A stretch of DNA of 64,000 bases from Anthoceros angustus (taxonomy: Eukaryota; Plantae; Anthocerotophyta), in NCBI GenBank assembly GCA_010909165.1, contig VJWM01000135.1:248001-312000 (forward strand), given 5' to 3'. The translations under genes were made by a program, and so were the position numbers. Shown piece by piece: positions 1 to 10,326 of this stretch. A model generated the notes under the pieces. It did no database searches, was not told where the DNA came from, and was given only the letters and a program-made list of their open reading frames with translations. Position 1 is the first letter of the stretch; every line of letters starts with the position of its first letter.

Positions 1-635
1 TCCGACGGTGGTGGCCTCGTTGGTGTAGTGGGGGACGAGGAAGGGCATAGTCGGACGGACCCGCATTGCCTCCTTCATTACGCTCTGCAGGTAGGGCAGA
101 TTAGCGATGTCGGATTCTTGCAATTCTCTGTCATTGCCTACCACTTCCTGCCGCTCCTGCATGGCCTTCTCGCGCACGGTCGGATGCCGCAGTATCTCCG
201 ACATGGCCCATTTTGTGGCGAGCGCCACTGTGTCGGATCCGCCTTCCAGCACGTCCTGCCATGAGCGCGCCAGAGAAAGAGGTTTTTCTCTGTCGTAAGG
301 AATTTGGAGCCACAACGGGACCTTGCACAATTACCGCTTCCGCTTACTTGGATCTGTGAGTTGATGATCTCGTCGGTCATGTCCCCGCCACCTTCGAACG
401 TGTCGACGTGGAGCAGCGCAGATACGAATCCCGGGATAAGGTTTCGGGATGCGCCTCCTGGAACTCCCGGTGTTCTTGGATGATTCTGGTGAAGATGATG
501 TCCCTCCCGGCCTTGAGAAGGTACAAGTACTTGTCCAGAAAAGCGAGACATGAAATGGCGTCGCCAATGCCCTTCGTTCTAAGAATCTACATGGATTTGG
601 CCACCATGTGAACCAACTCATGACCCTGCACCTCT
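1..635 (-). pseudogene. Cytochrome P450 (CYP71-clan-like) fragment; runs off the window start
   Basis: Hand translation gives ...IGDAISCLAFLDKY...FTRIIQEHRE...FVSALLH...MTDEIINSQIQ, then a GT-AG intron at 347-256, then DVLEGGSDTVALATKWAMSEILRHP...LPYLQSVMKEAMRVRPTMPFLVPH (I-helix GGxDT, K-helix ExxR). There is an in-frame TAG near 590 and a frameshift near 440. Confidence 0.85.
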
Positions 636-1950
636 CAAGGCTTGATCCGGCAAGCGGTGACGTAGCATGCTCAAAGTACTCCAGTCTCTTGGATTTTCTG
701 CGCTTTATGTTTGGGCTGCCAAATTCCGGTAGATAACTTAGAATATTAGAGTACATTGAGTCTTCATGTGGAGTGTTAGAACCTTGAACAGTGGATAGCA
801 AAGAGAAGAACTATGGTACACATCATGGATGACAACTTTACGTACACTCCATGAACACATGTATACTTGTTCTTTTGTTTTTAATTCAACAACTATGACA
901 AGATCAAACTTGATATCGAATTGTTGGAGATATCCTGCAAATCCTTTTAGATCTCAATTGGTCTTGCCATCAAGACCTCTCAACCCCTAGATGTTGTGCT
1001 TGCAAAGTCCACAGACATATGTCAACCGTTATGACCTGGCTTATAAAATGCACTCGATTTTAATGTGTGCTCTTGTAAGTACCCATCAGACGTGCCCTGT
1101 CCATTGAACGTTCCTCGTGAGTTGGACATCATATAACACCCTGAAGGCAAAGATTTAATCTTAAACTTCTAATTCAGGCAAACCCTAGTACCATATTGCA
1201 ACACCTTCTTCTTCCTCAAAACATGCAACAAAGTTTTCTTTCAAACTCGTTGACTTGACCATCTTATCTAATAAGCTCTTATGACCTTTGGTTATGTACA
1301 TGATGGGCACTCACAATTAGAACCGCTTCTTTCTTTTTCGCTCATCATACACTCCACCATCTATGTTGGGACATACCATATATTAATTCCTTATTAAATA
1401 AATATTAATAAATATTTAAGTTTTAATTCAAGATCCTTAATCCATCTTTACTTAGGCTACTAATACTAGGATATAATTGTTACCCCTTATGAGATTAGTT
1501 TGTCAATATTGTTCTGTCCCTTTTAATGAAAATTTGTGAGCGTGTATTGTTATCCTAAAATATTAAAAATATGCGCTAAAGGTGGGCAATCAATATCAGG
1601 TGATCGAGATCAAATCTAGTTGTTGATACCATGTCACAAAACCTATCCAGATCAAGCCTATGTATCAAGACCATGAAAGCTGACTATATATGTTGTATTT
1701 CACTAAGTAAAATTATATATATCTACTCCATTGTAAGGTTTTTGTATTGTCTAGGTAGCTACTCCTTCTTGGAGAGGTATTTCTTGCCTTCTACTTCCTC
1801 TACAATTTTGTTTGTCAAACTAGAGTGTTGGGAGAGAGAGAGAGGTTGTTATGTTAAGTTTATTGCGATAGAGGTTGGAGGACCTATTGGAAACTACGGA
1901 TTTGGTGGCTGTCGAGAGAGAGAGAAAGGTACGAGAACCTGTGTGAAGCT

Positions 1951-2508
1951 ATGGAGAGAGGTGTGATACAAATAGCGCAGGACCTGTGGGACGCCATTGA
2001 GGCGGTCGAGAGAGATGCACTAGCACTACAGGAGGTGTTGGCAACTATGGGTACCGGTATAGAGGCAGTTGAAAGAGACATGGAGGCTCTCAGGGGAGTG
2101 ACACAGGACATGGAGGCTCTCAGGAGAGTGACACAGGACATGGAGGCTCTCGGGAGAGTGACACAGGCTGGAGCACCCACGAGAAATGAAAATTATGGAT
2201 ATAGAGGCAATCGGGAGAGAGAAAGACAAAGTCTGGAGGACTCGTCCCAAACCATAGACATATGTTTGGTATATGATTTGTCTATATATGTTCTTAAAGA
2301 TGAAGAGAGTGATAATGGAAAAAGTGATCAAGAAGATACTTGTGCAATTTGTCTTGATTCTCTCAACTTGGGTGAAGACATGATTAAAGTCAATATATGT
2401 ACTCATATTTATCATAAGAAATGTTTAGAACCATGGTTGGATATGTGTCTACGGCCAACATGTCCACAATGCAGGCGTGAAATATGTTATAGAGAAGACA
2501 ACACATAA
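1951..2508 (+). CDS. Intronless RING-H2 (C3H2C3) zinc-finger protein, putative E3 ligase, 185 aa
   Basis: Open ORF with CAICLDSL...CTHIYHKKCLEPWL...CPQCR. The N-terminus is coiled-coil-like. Confidence 0.75.
   Translation: MERGVIQIAQDLWDAIEAVERDALALQEVLATMGTGIEAVERDMEALRGVTQDMEALRRVTQDMEALGRVTQAGAPTRNENYGYRGNRERERQSLEDSSQTIDICLVYDLSIYVLKDEESDNGKSDQEDTCAICLDSLNLGEDMIKVNICTHIYHKKCLEPWLDMCLRPTCPQCRREICYREDNT
2077..2166 (+). repeat. 3 x 30-bp in-frame tandem repeat (DMEAL[R/G][G/R]VTQ)
   Basis: The unit gacatggaggctctcaggggagtgacacag occurs at 2077, 2107 and 2137 with 1-2 substitutions. Confidence 0.95.
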
Positions 2509-2546
2509 AGTGGATTGATCCTGAACAATACTCCAACATTGGAGTT

Positions 2547-2610
2547 AACACGATATCTTGTGAAGGGGGTGAATATCCGAACCCCCTTCCGTGAAATGAA
2601 AACCCCCTTA
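2547..2610 (+). repeat. Left TIR plus subterminal GAAGGGGG/ACCCCCTT motifs
   Basis: Exact reverse complement of 14790-14819 over 30 bp, followed by two ACCCCCTT copies. Confidence 0.92.
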
Positions 2611-3106
2611 GCACAACTCACACAGTCCCGAAATACGCGTTTTGGCTCTTTTTAAAAAAAGGTCGACCATGTTCCAACGAGTAGGTATTGAGAAAAACTG
2701 TTATCGCACAACAAAGACATGAAAATGGTGCGAGGGCGCCGGCCGGCCGGCGCCTTTTCATTGATTCTTTGGAACAAGGGAAACTGAAGACATCAATTGC
2801 CTCAATGCAACGGGTCCATAAGTGATTGCGAACTAAGCGAAGCAGCAGATGCACATGACATGAGACCACTAAGCCTACTCCCTAAGGCTAACTTGGGACT
2901 CGTCCGGGGGTAGAGCAAACTCGAATCCATCACAATAGCCAGATTTCGAATGCGCTCCACTTCCTCTTCATCGAAGCTATCGTTCTCCCCCAAGGCCCTA
3001 GTGTCTTTGTTTAGTCTTGTCGTGGGTCGTGGAAGGCTGCCAAACGCTATCCAAGGATTGCTGTCCCTCATCAAAAGTGCTCCAGCTTTGGTCTTGACCT
3101 ATGCGT

Positions 3107-4010
3107 TTAAGGAAACAACTCGAGCTTGTGGAGTCCTTCTCGATACACACCTCCTTTGCCCAGTGCAAGTCCTCTGCGGTGGGCGTCAAATGTCAGTTCT
3201 TCTTCAGCATCAGGCAGAACCTCATGCCCAGAAATCCTTTGTGCAATATATCCTGCACACCTCAAGTCAGCTTCTATAGCAATACAATTCCGTCCGCATA
3301 GTAGAGCCGCCAGTAACGTTGTCCCACTCCCAGAGCATACATCCAAAACCCAATCCCCCTCTCTCGAGAAGGTTCGGATAAGTTTCATCATAAGGCCCAG
3401 AGGCCTCTGGTATGGGCAAACCACCAGCTTGTCTTGGGACATGTACACCTGTTTCTTCACAACCGTATCGTGAGCGATCACAGACCTCCCATTGTTGAAA
3501 GTGCCGTGCATGGCATTGGGCATCATTGGAACTCTATCCCCTGTGAACCCATCTTTCATTCCCCAACCCACTGTGACATATTCCACGGTTTCGAACCCAC
3601 CCCTGTCATTGTTCATGTTGGTCTTGTCCCATACAAATGAGACCAAGCCCCCTTTCTTGCTCCACCGCATGGACTCCCACGGTGTGAGCCTCCTCCACAC
3701 CATGCATGACAATCATTCTCAACTCATCGGAAGTTGTTTTCTTCGCAAAGCTCTGCAAAACAGTGTCCATCATCTGCTTGTCAACTCGTTCGTCCAAGGG
3801 CCCAATTTGAAACCCCCTTGCAACGTCCATCACCAGAAGTGTGTACTTCCGTCCTCTCAGAAATCCTCGCATGTCTACCACATCTCGGCTTTCCACTTGG
3901 TATTGCACTTGTTTATCCGAGGAGGGCACACTGAACACCTCCAATCCTTCCTCAAGGTCCTTGTCCGCTAAAGCACGCTGCTCGTCCTCCAGCCCTTTCC
4001 AATTGTTCAC
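3107..4010 (-). CDS. Beta-class (N4-C/N6-A) DNA amino-methyltransferase domain, frameshifted in this assembly
   Basis: YTLLVMDVARGF occupies the motif IV position, followed by FVWDK and then CPYQRPLGLMMKLIRTFSREGDWVLDVCSGSGTTLLAALLCGRNCIAIEAD (QKP-like motif and SAM-binding motif I). The order IV-TRD-I defines the beta class. Confidence 0.85.
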
Positions 4011-4350
4011 CTCAAAAATAAAATGTTGGAAGGCATCGGAAGTTTGGACAAGACCTCAATGTCCTTCGATTCTTTGCGAACCACAAGTTTGTTAGTCCAA
4101 AGTGGGAAAGAACGAATGGGCGCCGGCGGCGCGCCCTGACCTTGTCTGAGCATGGACAAGAAACTCACCTTTCCAGAAAAGCGCTTTGAAACCGCGGCCC
4201 GTATATGGAATGCAACGGATATTCCTCTCGGACCTCCTCAAATGAAGAGCACCCGGTGCTTGACCATCGCCACTTGTATGACATGAAACTTCTTCCGCGT
4301 GATCTCCTCATCCATGCCCTTCAAATCAATCAGCACCTTTTACATCGCGG

Positions 4351-5130
4351 TCACGAATTTCTTGGCACTCTCCAGTGGTATGCCTTGGAGATTTCCATGG
4401 CTTTGCCAACATGTCCTTGACTTCCATTACAGTGTCCATTTACGCTCCTCAACAGCTTCCCTTTCCCTTTCTTGCTTGTTCCTGCGGTAAATGCTTCTTC
4501 TGCTCGGAGTTCTCCACCTCCCACTTGAGAAAATGGAGTCCACATTGGCCCACACCTTTCCTTCCTGCTTGGCAATGCATAAAATGTGTGTGCGGTTATC
4601 CACTTTGTTCTGCTTATACACATCGTCTTTGCGCCCTTCATCATCCTCAATCAGCCCTAGCACCTTGTACAGATTGTACTTCCATGCCATTGTCATCTGT
4701 ACTCCTTCTCGTTTTGCTATCAATAGCTCATCTCTTAAGTATCGGACCTGCTCAATGAAGTTCATCTTCTTCCGTTTTGTCCGACATAGTGTTGTGATCG
4801 TGGCAAGGACTCGCATTTACGGTATAGTAAGCCCGCAATAGACATGCGCTTCAACATATTGGAACCTCTTCTTCCACGGTGATATATCGCATAGATGTTT
4901 CATGGTCGCATAAGTGTGGTTCCCACCAAGAACCCCCATAACATATTTTTTCGCCCGCCATCTCTTCGGTCCAACTTCTTGAGGTCATTGCACTCACTTG
5001 GATCAATCATACATAATAGTGGCAATACACCCTCCTCTATCCTCCCTTGAAATAACTCGCCAAATAATTGGCCCATGCCTCATCAACCTAGATCTGCGCG
5101 TGTTATGCGGTCGGTCGTAAGTTCTCCAAT
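4351..5130 (-). pseudogene. ParB/Srx-like N-terminal region of the ParB-MTase gene, copy 1 (frameshifted)
   Basis: Near-identical to 6240-7020. Includes YVMGVLGGNHTY and MNFIEQVRYLRDELL. Confidence 0.6.
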
Positions 5131-5373
5131 TTCACTATACTCTCCATGACAACCTTCTTCCGTAAGCTGAATCCCTTAGGCGAGTGAGGGGTGCATCCAT
5201 CATCGCGTCGCGTTCTTCATCTGTCAAAATATGCACGATGGGAATGCCACCAAACACTTCCTCTTGTCTGCCCTTTTGATTTCTTTTTCTTCCTCCCCTC
5301 TCCGTGCTTCCACTCGGGTTTCTTCGCACCTGGAATCCAACACCGCAGCAGGCGCTTGCCTTGAGCGATCACG

Positions 5374-6100
5374 ACCTCCCATTGTTGAAAGTGCCGTGCA
5401 TGGCATTGGGCATCATTGGAACTCTATCCTGTGAACCCATCTTTCATTCCCCAACCCATCGTGACATATTCCACGGTTTCAACCCACCTCATTGTTCATG
5501 TTGGTCTTGTCCCATACAAATGAGACCAAGCCCCTTTCTTGCACCACCTTCGCATGGACTCCGGTGTGAGCCTCCTCCACACCATGCATGACAATCATTC
5601 TCAACTCATCGGAAGTTGTTTTCTCCGCAAAGCTCGCAAAAGGTCCATCATCCGCTTGTCAACACGCTTTGTCCAAGGGCCCAATTTGAAACCCCTTGGA
5701 ACGCTCCATCACCATAAGTGTACGGCGTTCTCGAAATCCACGCATGTCTAAATCTCGGCTTTCCACTTGGTATTGCACTTGTTTATCCGAGGAGGGCACA
5801 CCGAACACCTCCGCCCTCCTCAAGGTCCTTGTCCGCTAAAGCACGCCGTCCTCCACTTTCCAATTGTTCACCTCAAAATAAAATCTGAAAGGCATCCGGA
5901 AGTTTGGACAAGACCTCAATGTCCTTGCTTCGCGAACCACAAGTTTGTTAGTCCAAAGTGGGAAAGAAGAATGGAGGGCGCCGGCGGCGCCCATGACCTT
6001 GCGAGCATGGACAAGAAACTCACCTTTCCAGAAAAGCGCTTTGAAACCATGACGATCTCGTGGAATGCAATGGATATTCCTCTCGGACCTCCTCAAATGA
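5374..6100 (-). pseudogene. Second, 3'-truncated copy of the MTase domain (motif IV region only)
   Basis: Direct duplicate of 3484-4200. It stops at 5374, before motif I. Confidence 0.75.
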
Positions 6101-6239
6101 AGAGCACCCTGTGTGCTTGACCATCGCCACTTGTATGACATGAAACTTCTTCCAAGCGTGATCTCCTCATCCATGCCCTTCAAATCAATCGTGCCGGTTA
6201 ACACCTTTTCCGCATGACGAATTTCTGACCGTGACTCTC

Positions 6240-7536
6240 CAGGTATGCCTTGAACGATTTCCATGGCTTTGCCAACATGTCCTTCATACCATTTGCCCGC
6301 TCCTCGCCCAACTTGCGCTTCCCTTTCCCTTTCTTGCTTGTTCCTCCGGTAGATGCTTCTTCTGCTCGGAGTTCTCCAGCCTCCCACTTGAGAAAATGGA
6401 GTCCACATTGGCCCATACCTTTCCTTCCTTGGCAATGCATAAAATGTGTGCGGTTATCCACTTTGTTCGCTTATACATCGTCTTCGCGCCCTTCATCATC
6501 CTCAATCAGCCCAAGCACCTTGTACAGATTGTACTTCCATGCCATTGTCATCTGTACTCCTTCTCGTTTTGCTATCAATAGCTCATCTCTTAAGTATCGG
6601 ACCTGCTCAATGAAGTTCATCTTCTTCCGTTTGTCCGACATAGTATTGTGATCAGTGGCAAGGACTCGCATTTCTGGTATAGTAAGCCCGCAATAGACAT
6701 GCGCTTCAACATATTGGAACCTCTTCTTCCCTGGTGATATATCGCATAGATGTTTCATGGCTGCATAAGTGTGGTTCCCACCAAGAACCCCCATAACATA
6801 TTTTTTCGCCCGCCATCTCTTCCTGTCCAACTTGCTGAGGTCATTGCACTCACTTGGATCAATCATACATAATAGTGGCAATACACCCTCCTCTATCCTC
6901 CCCTTCGAAATAACTCGCCAAATAATTGGCCCATGCCTCATCAACCTAGATCTGCGCGTGTTATGCGGTCGGTCGTAAGTTCTCCAATTTCACTAGCACT
7001 GTCTCCATGACAACCTTCTTTCCGTAAGCTGAATCCCTTAGGCGAGTGAGGGGGTCTGCATCCATCATCGCGTCTGCAAGGCGTTCTTCATCTGTCAAAA
7101 TATGCACAGTGGGAATGCCACCAAACACTTCCTCTTGTGCCGGCGCCCTTTTTGATTTCTTTTTCTTCCTCCCTGTCTCCGTGCTTCCACTTTCGGGTTT
7201 CTTCGCACCCTCGCTGGAATCCAACACCGCAGCAGGGCGCTTGCCCCTTGAGCCAGTCGGCGGCTGGTCGTCTCTATCTCCTATGGCGAGGAGGGCGCCG
7301 GCCGGCCGGCGCCCTCCGCCTTCTTCCTCCCGTCCATACCCTGTGTCCACCCCCGCACCCACTTCCTCCTCTGTGCCTCCAACGTCAGCACCTCTTCCAC
7401 TGCGGTCCAGTGGAAGGGCTCTTGTGGATGGAGGTATGCCAGGGGCGCCGGCCGGCCGGCGCCCCAGTCCGCTATCTCCTTCCTGGAACTGGATAAACCA
7501 GTTGGGATCCGGAGTGGCCAAGTCCAGAGCCCGCAC
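6240..7536 (-). CDS. ParB/Srx-like domain plus K/G-rich N-terminus of the ParB-MTase gene, copy 2
   Basis: KLENLRPT...ISKGRIEEGVLPLLCMIDPSE...KYVMGVLGGNHTYAAMKHL...EMRVLATDHN resembles the ParB/Srx GxHR-type motif region. The frame continues toward the MTase with no obvious intron. Confidence 0.6.
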
Positions 7537-10326
7537 TCTTCGCCGGCGCCGGCCGGCCGGCGCCCACAGCTACTCGGCATTCACTACATGTGCACACTCA
7601 TAGATGGCCCATGCCAAGCCAAGCTGGGTAAAATTGCCGCATCCCTATCTTCGTCCTGTCCCCGGAGACTTCATCATCGGAATGTCCCAAAGACGTCAGA
7701 ATCGGGCCCTCTTCCTCATCGGATGGGCCAAGTTCGCTCTCAAGGCTGTTGCTCTGCCTCTTCAACCATTCTTTGATGTGCTGCTCACCCTTCTCATCGA
7801 TGCCTCTCTCCTATGATCAATGACTCTCGTATCTTCCACAGATTGCCCTTATAAGGGCCATTCCTACCAAAGGTGGCTGGAAAACAAACAAACAAGTTGA
7901 ATGTTAGTCATCAAAGTCGAGGGTTTTGAAGTCACATGTCGTTGTTGAAACTTACCGTAGTCGGCGCATGCATTCGGAACTCTTCCACTATTGCTCGGTG
8001 CACATTTTTGGCGTTGAATCCTTGAGGTGAGAACATAAGACACCTGTAAACTCGGGGTCTGGATGACGGCATCGAACTCGTATGGCTCGGTGGTGCACAA
8101 TAGCGTGAACTCCGGCTCCCCTCGTTCATGTCCATGGTTGCCCAGATTACCCAGCCAGCCCTTGCTCTCGATTTGGCAAAGCCCCCCGATACCCCATTAT
8201 CCGTAGTTTGAGCAAGGGGTCCATGCTTTGTTCAACCTCCGGTGCGGATCCCGGACTAGCATCCAATCATACACTGACAATAGGGTCTATCGCCACCCGA
8301 TCTGCGGATGTGCAGTCTCTTCATAGCGAATGGCGAATTGGTGCAGCACGGATGCTTTGAAGCCTTGCCTCCTCCTTCCCACTCCTTGCCCTGCCTTGTT
8401 CGCTTGTTTTCCCAAGACATGCTCCGGATTTTGCCGCCTAGGCTATATGGCCCCCACCCTCCAATGTGCGGCGTGCCCTCCCAAACTTCCTTCCATCCTC
8501 TGATCGGAACCTCGTCTGCGATTTAGCGGATGTCTTGTCTTATGCTTGCCTTCGTCGCCTGCTGCGGAGGATCGAATCGCCTCGCCAGTCCTTCTTGCTC
8601 CGCCTTCCGCCGCCATCTTTAAGAATGAACCCGCAGAGCCGACATCACGAATTTGGAAGGCAAACAATTGTTTCACATGGAAGTAGAACGAACCTCACCT
8701 CACTGAGCCGATTGATGCACGAGGAATGCCGGCTCCTGCCTCCCCAACCACAGGCCCACCGTGATAGCTGCAATCCCAAAGCGCTGAGGATTCGTGGAAT
8801 TGTGGACGGACACCTCCTCCAAATCGGGCAACACCACTGCGGTCGACGCTCCTCGTTACTTCCTCAAGTGGAAGTGCTGGCCAGAACGCTCCACTGTGAC
8901 GGCAAGTGGCAAGAGAAAACAAATAGTAATTAGGGTTTCCTCGCCAACTGGTATTTATAGCCCAAAAACATGCCTGAATTAACTTATGCCAGCATATTTC
9001 CATATACCCAGATATAAACCACGGCTGAACCGTAATCCTATTGACTTTGGTGATGGCTGGCCGGGGCACACTCATTGTGGACAATAAAAGCGGAGGACGG
9101 CGCGATATGCCGTTAGATATCTGTATCAGGAACTCCATCATGTTCTTGTTACTCCAGAGGAAAATAATATCCTACCCATCTATGCGCTACACCTATCAAT
9201 AAAGACAATGGCCATCTTCACCATTGTCCTCGTCACTGGAGGTCTCTTCCAAGACACCGCGTGGTTTCAAACGGCAGTGTGGTTTCAATCGACGCTTCTT
9301 ACAAGTTGTGCGCATACCATGTTGCGCCTCACCCACACCCGGCTAGCGAAGAGGTTTGAGTTCGCCCTTTTGGAAGGATTACTTGGTTTTCACCCCTATC
9401 TTGTTTTCGGATTCTGAGTTCAGTTAGTGCATCCGGTTGCGGGATGAACAATGGGAAGAAGGTTTCTCTTCACAATGTCGCGTGTTTCCGTAAAGATGGA
9501 GAAGCGAGTAGACCTGTGCCACCACGTCCCGAACTCGGCATCACCGTCGAGTCGTTTGCCATTCCGAAAGACGTGTTGATAATGAAGGTAGAGGATGATT
9601 TTTCCATATGGGAATGTGGACGCTAGTGTCAGTATGGTTGTGGGATTTTGATGCATTCTTCCGATATTGTTGTTCGGTCTGTAGAAGACGTCGCCGATTC
9701 CGTCATCTCCATGGTGTTCCTCCAACACCTAGGAATTTGCATCGATCTGCGTTGGAGGAAGCCCATCCAAGCGTTCAAGCTTCCCGAATGGCGGCGTTCT
9801 CCCAGATACATCGACGGTTGCACGCCGTGGTTTGTTTCTGAGACTGATTGTCCGCTCACCGGTTGAGGAAGGTCCCATTGGCGACAATGAAGATTCGAGC
9901 GTGTTTCACCACGATGCCATGTTCCTTCCATCCCAAGCCTTTGAGTGAGTCTGAAGGCTCCAACAAGGCGATTGTTATATCACGCAAGAAGAGAAGCTGG
10001 AGTGTCGTTGCAGCGAAGGGGATACAATGTTGCATTTCAAGAAGCCTTGTTGCATAAAAATGTGTTTCTGCGGTTGGGGAAAGCGCGATTTCAACAACGT
10101 ACGCTTTCTTCGCATGGGAGGCAGAACAGAGACATATCTGCTCTTGTTGATCCACTGGATCCCGAGGTGATAGGGCGAAAGTGGTGACACATGTCATGGG
10201 GCGACTCTGTCGCTTGAAGGCTTTTAGAAGAGTACATTGTCTTGGCCAGGAGGTATGAGGAGCTAAAGAGCGAGTCATTCGGAATCACCTTGGGATGGAT
10301 TTGAACCAAACCCAAGGCACGGCGAC

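Larger units (their letters stand above)
3484..7250. repeat. Tandem duplication of about 1.89 kb (3484-5370 / 5374-7250)
   Basis: The anchor acctcccattgttgaaagtgccgtgc occurs at 3484 and 5374. The copies differ mostly by small indels. Confidence 0.9.

Noticed and set aside
331-801. 156-aa minus-strand ORF as the P450 N-terminus
   Set aside because: It is out of frame with the P450 motifs, and similarity stops near 635.
7290-7565. GRRPAGA as a functional peptide repeat, or the palindromes as a CRISPR array
   Set aside because: The peptide is a by-product of a DNA palindrome that also occurs outside ORFs. Spacing is irregular, the context is eukaryotic and there are no cas genes.
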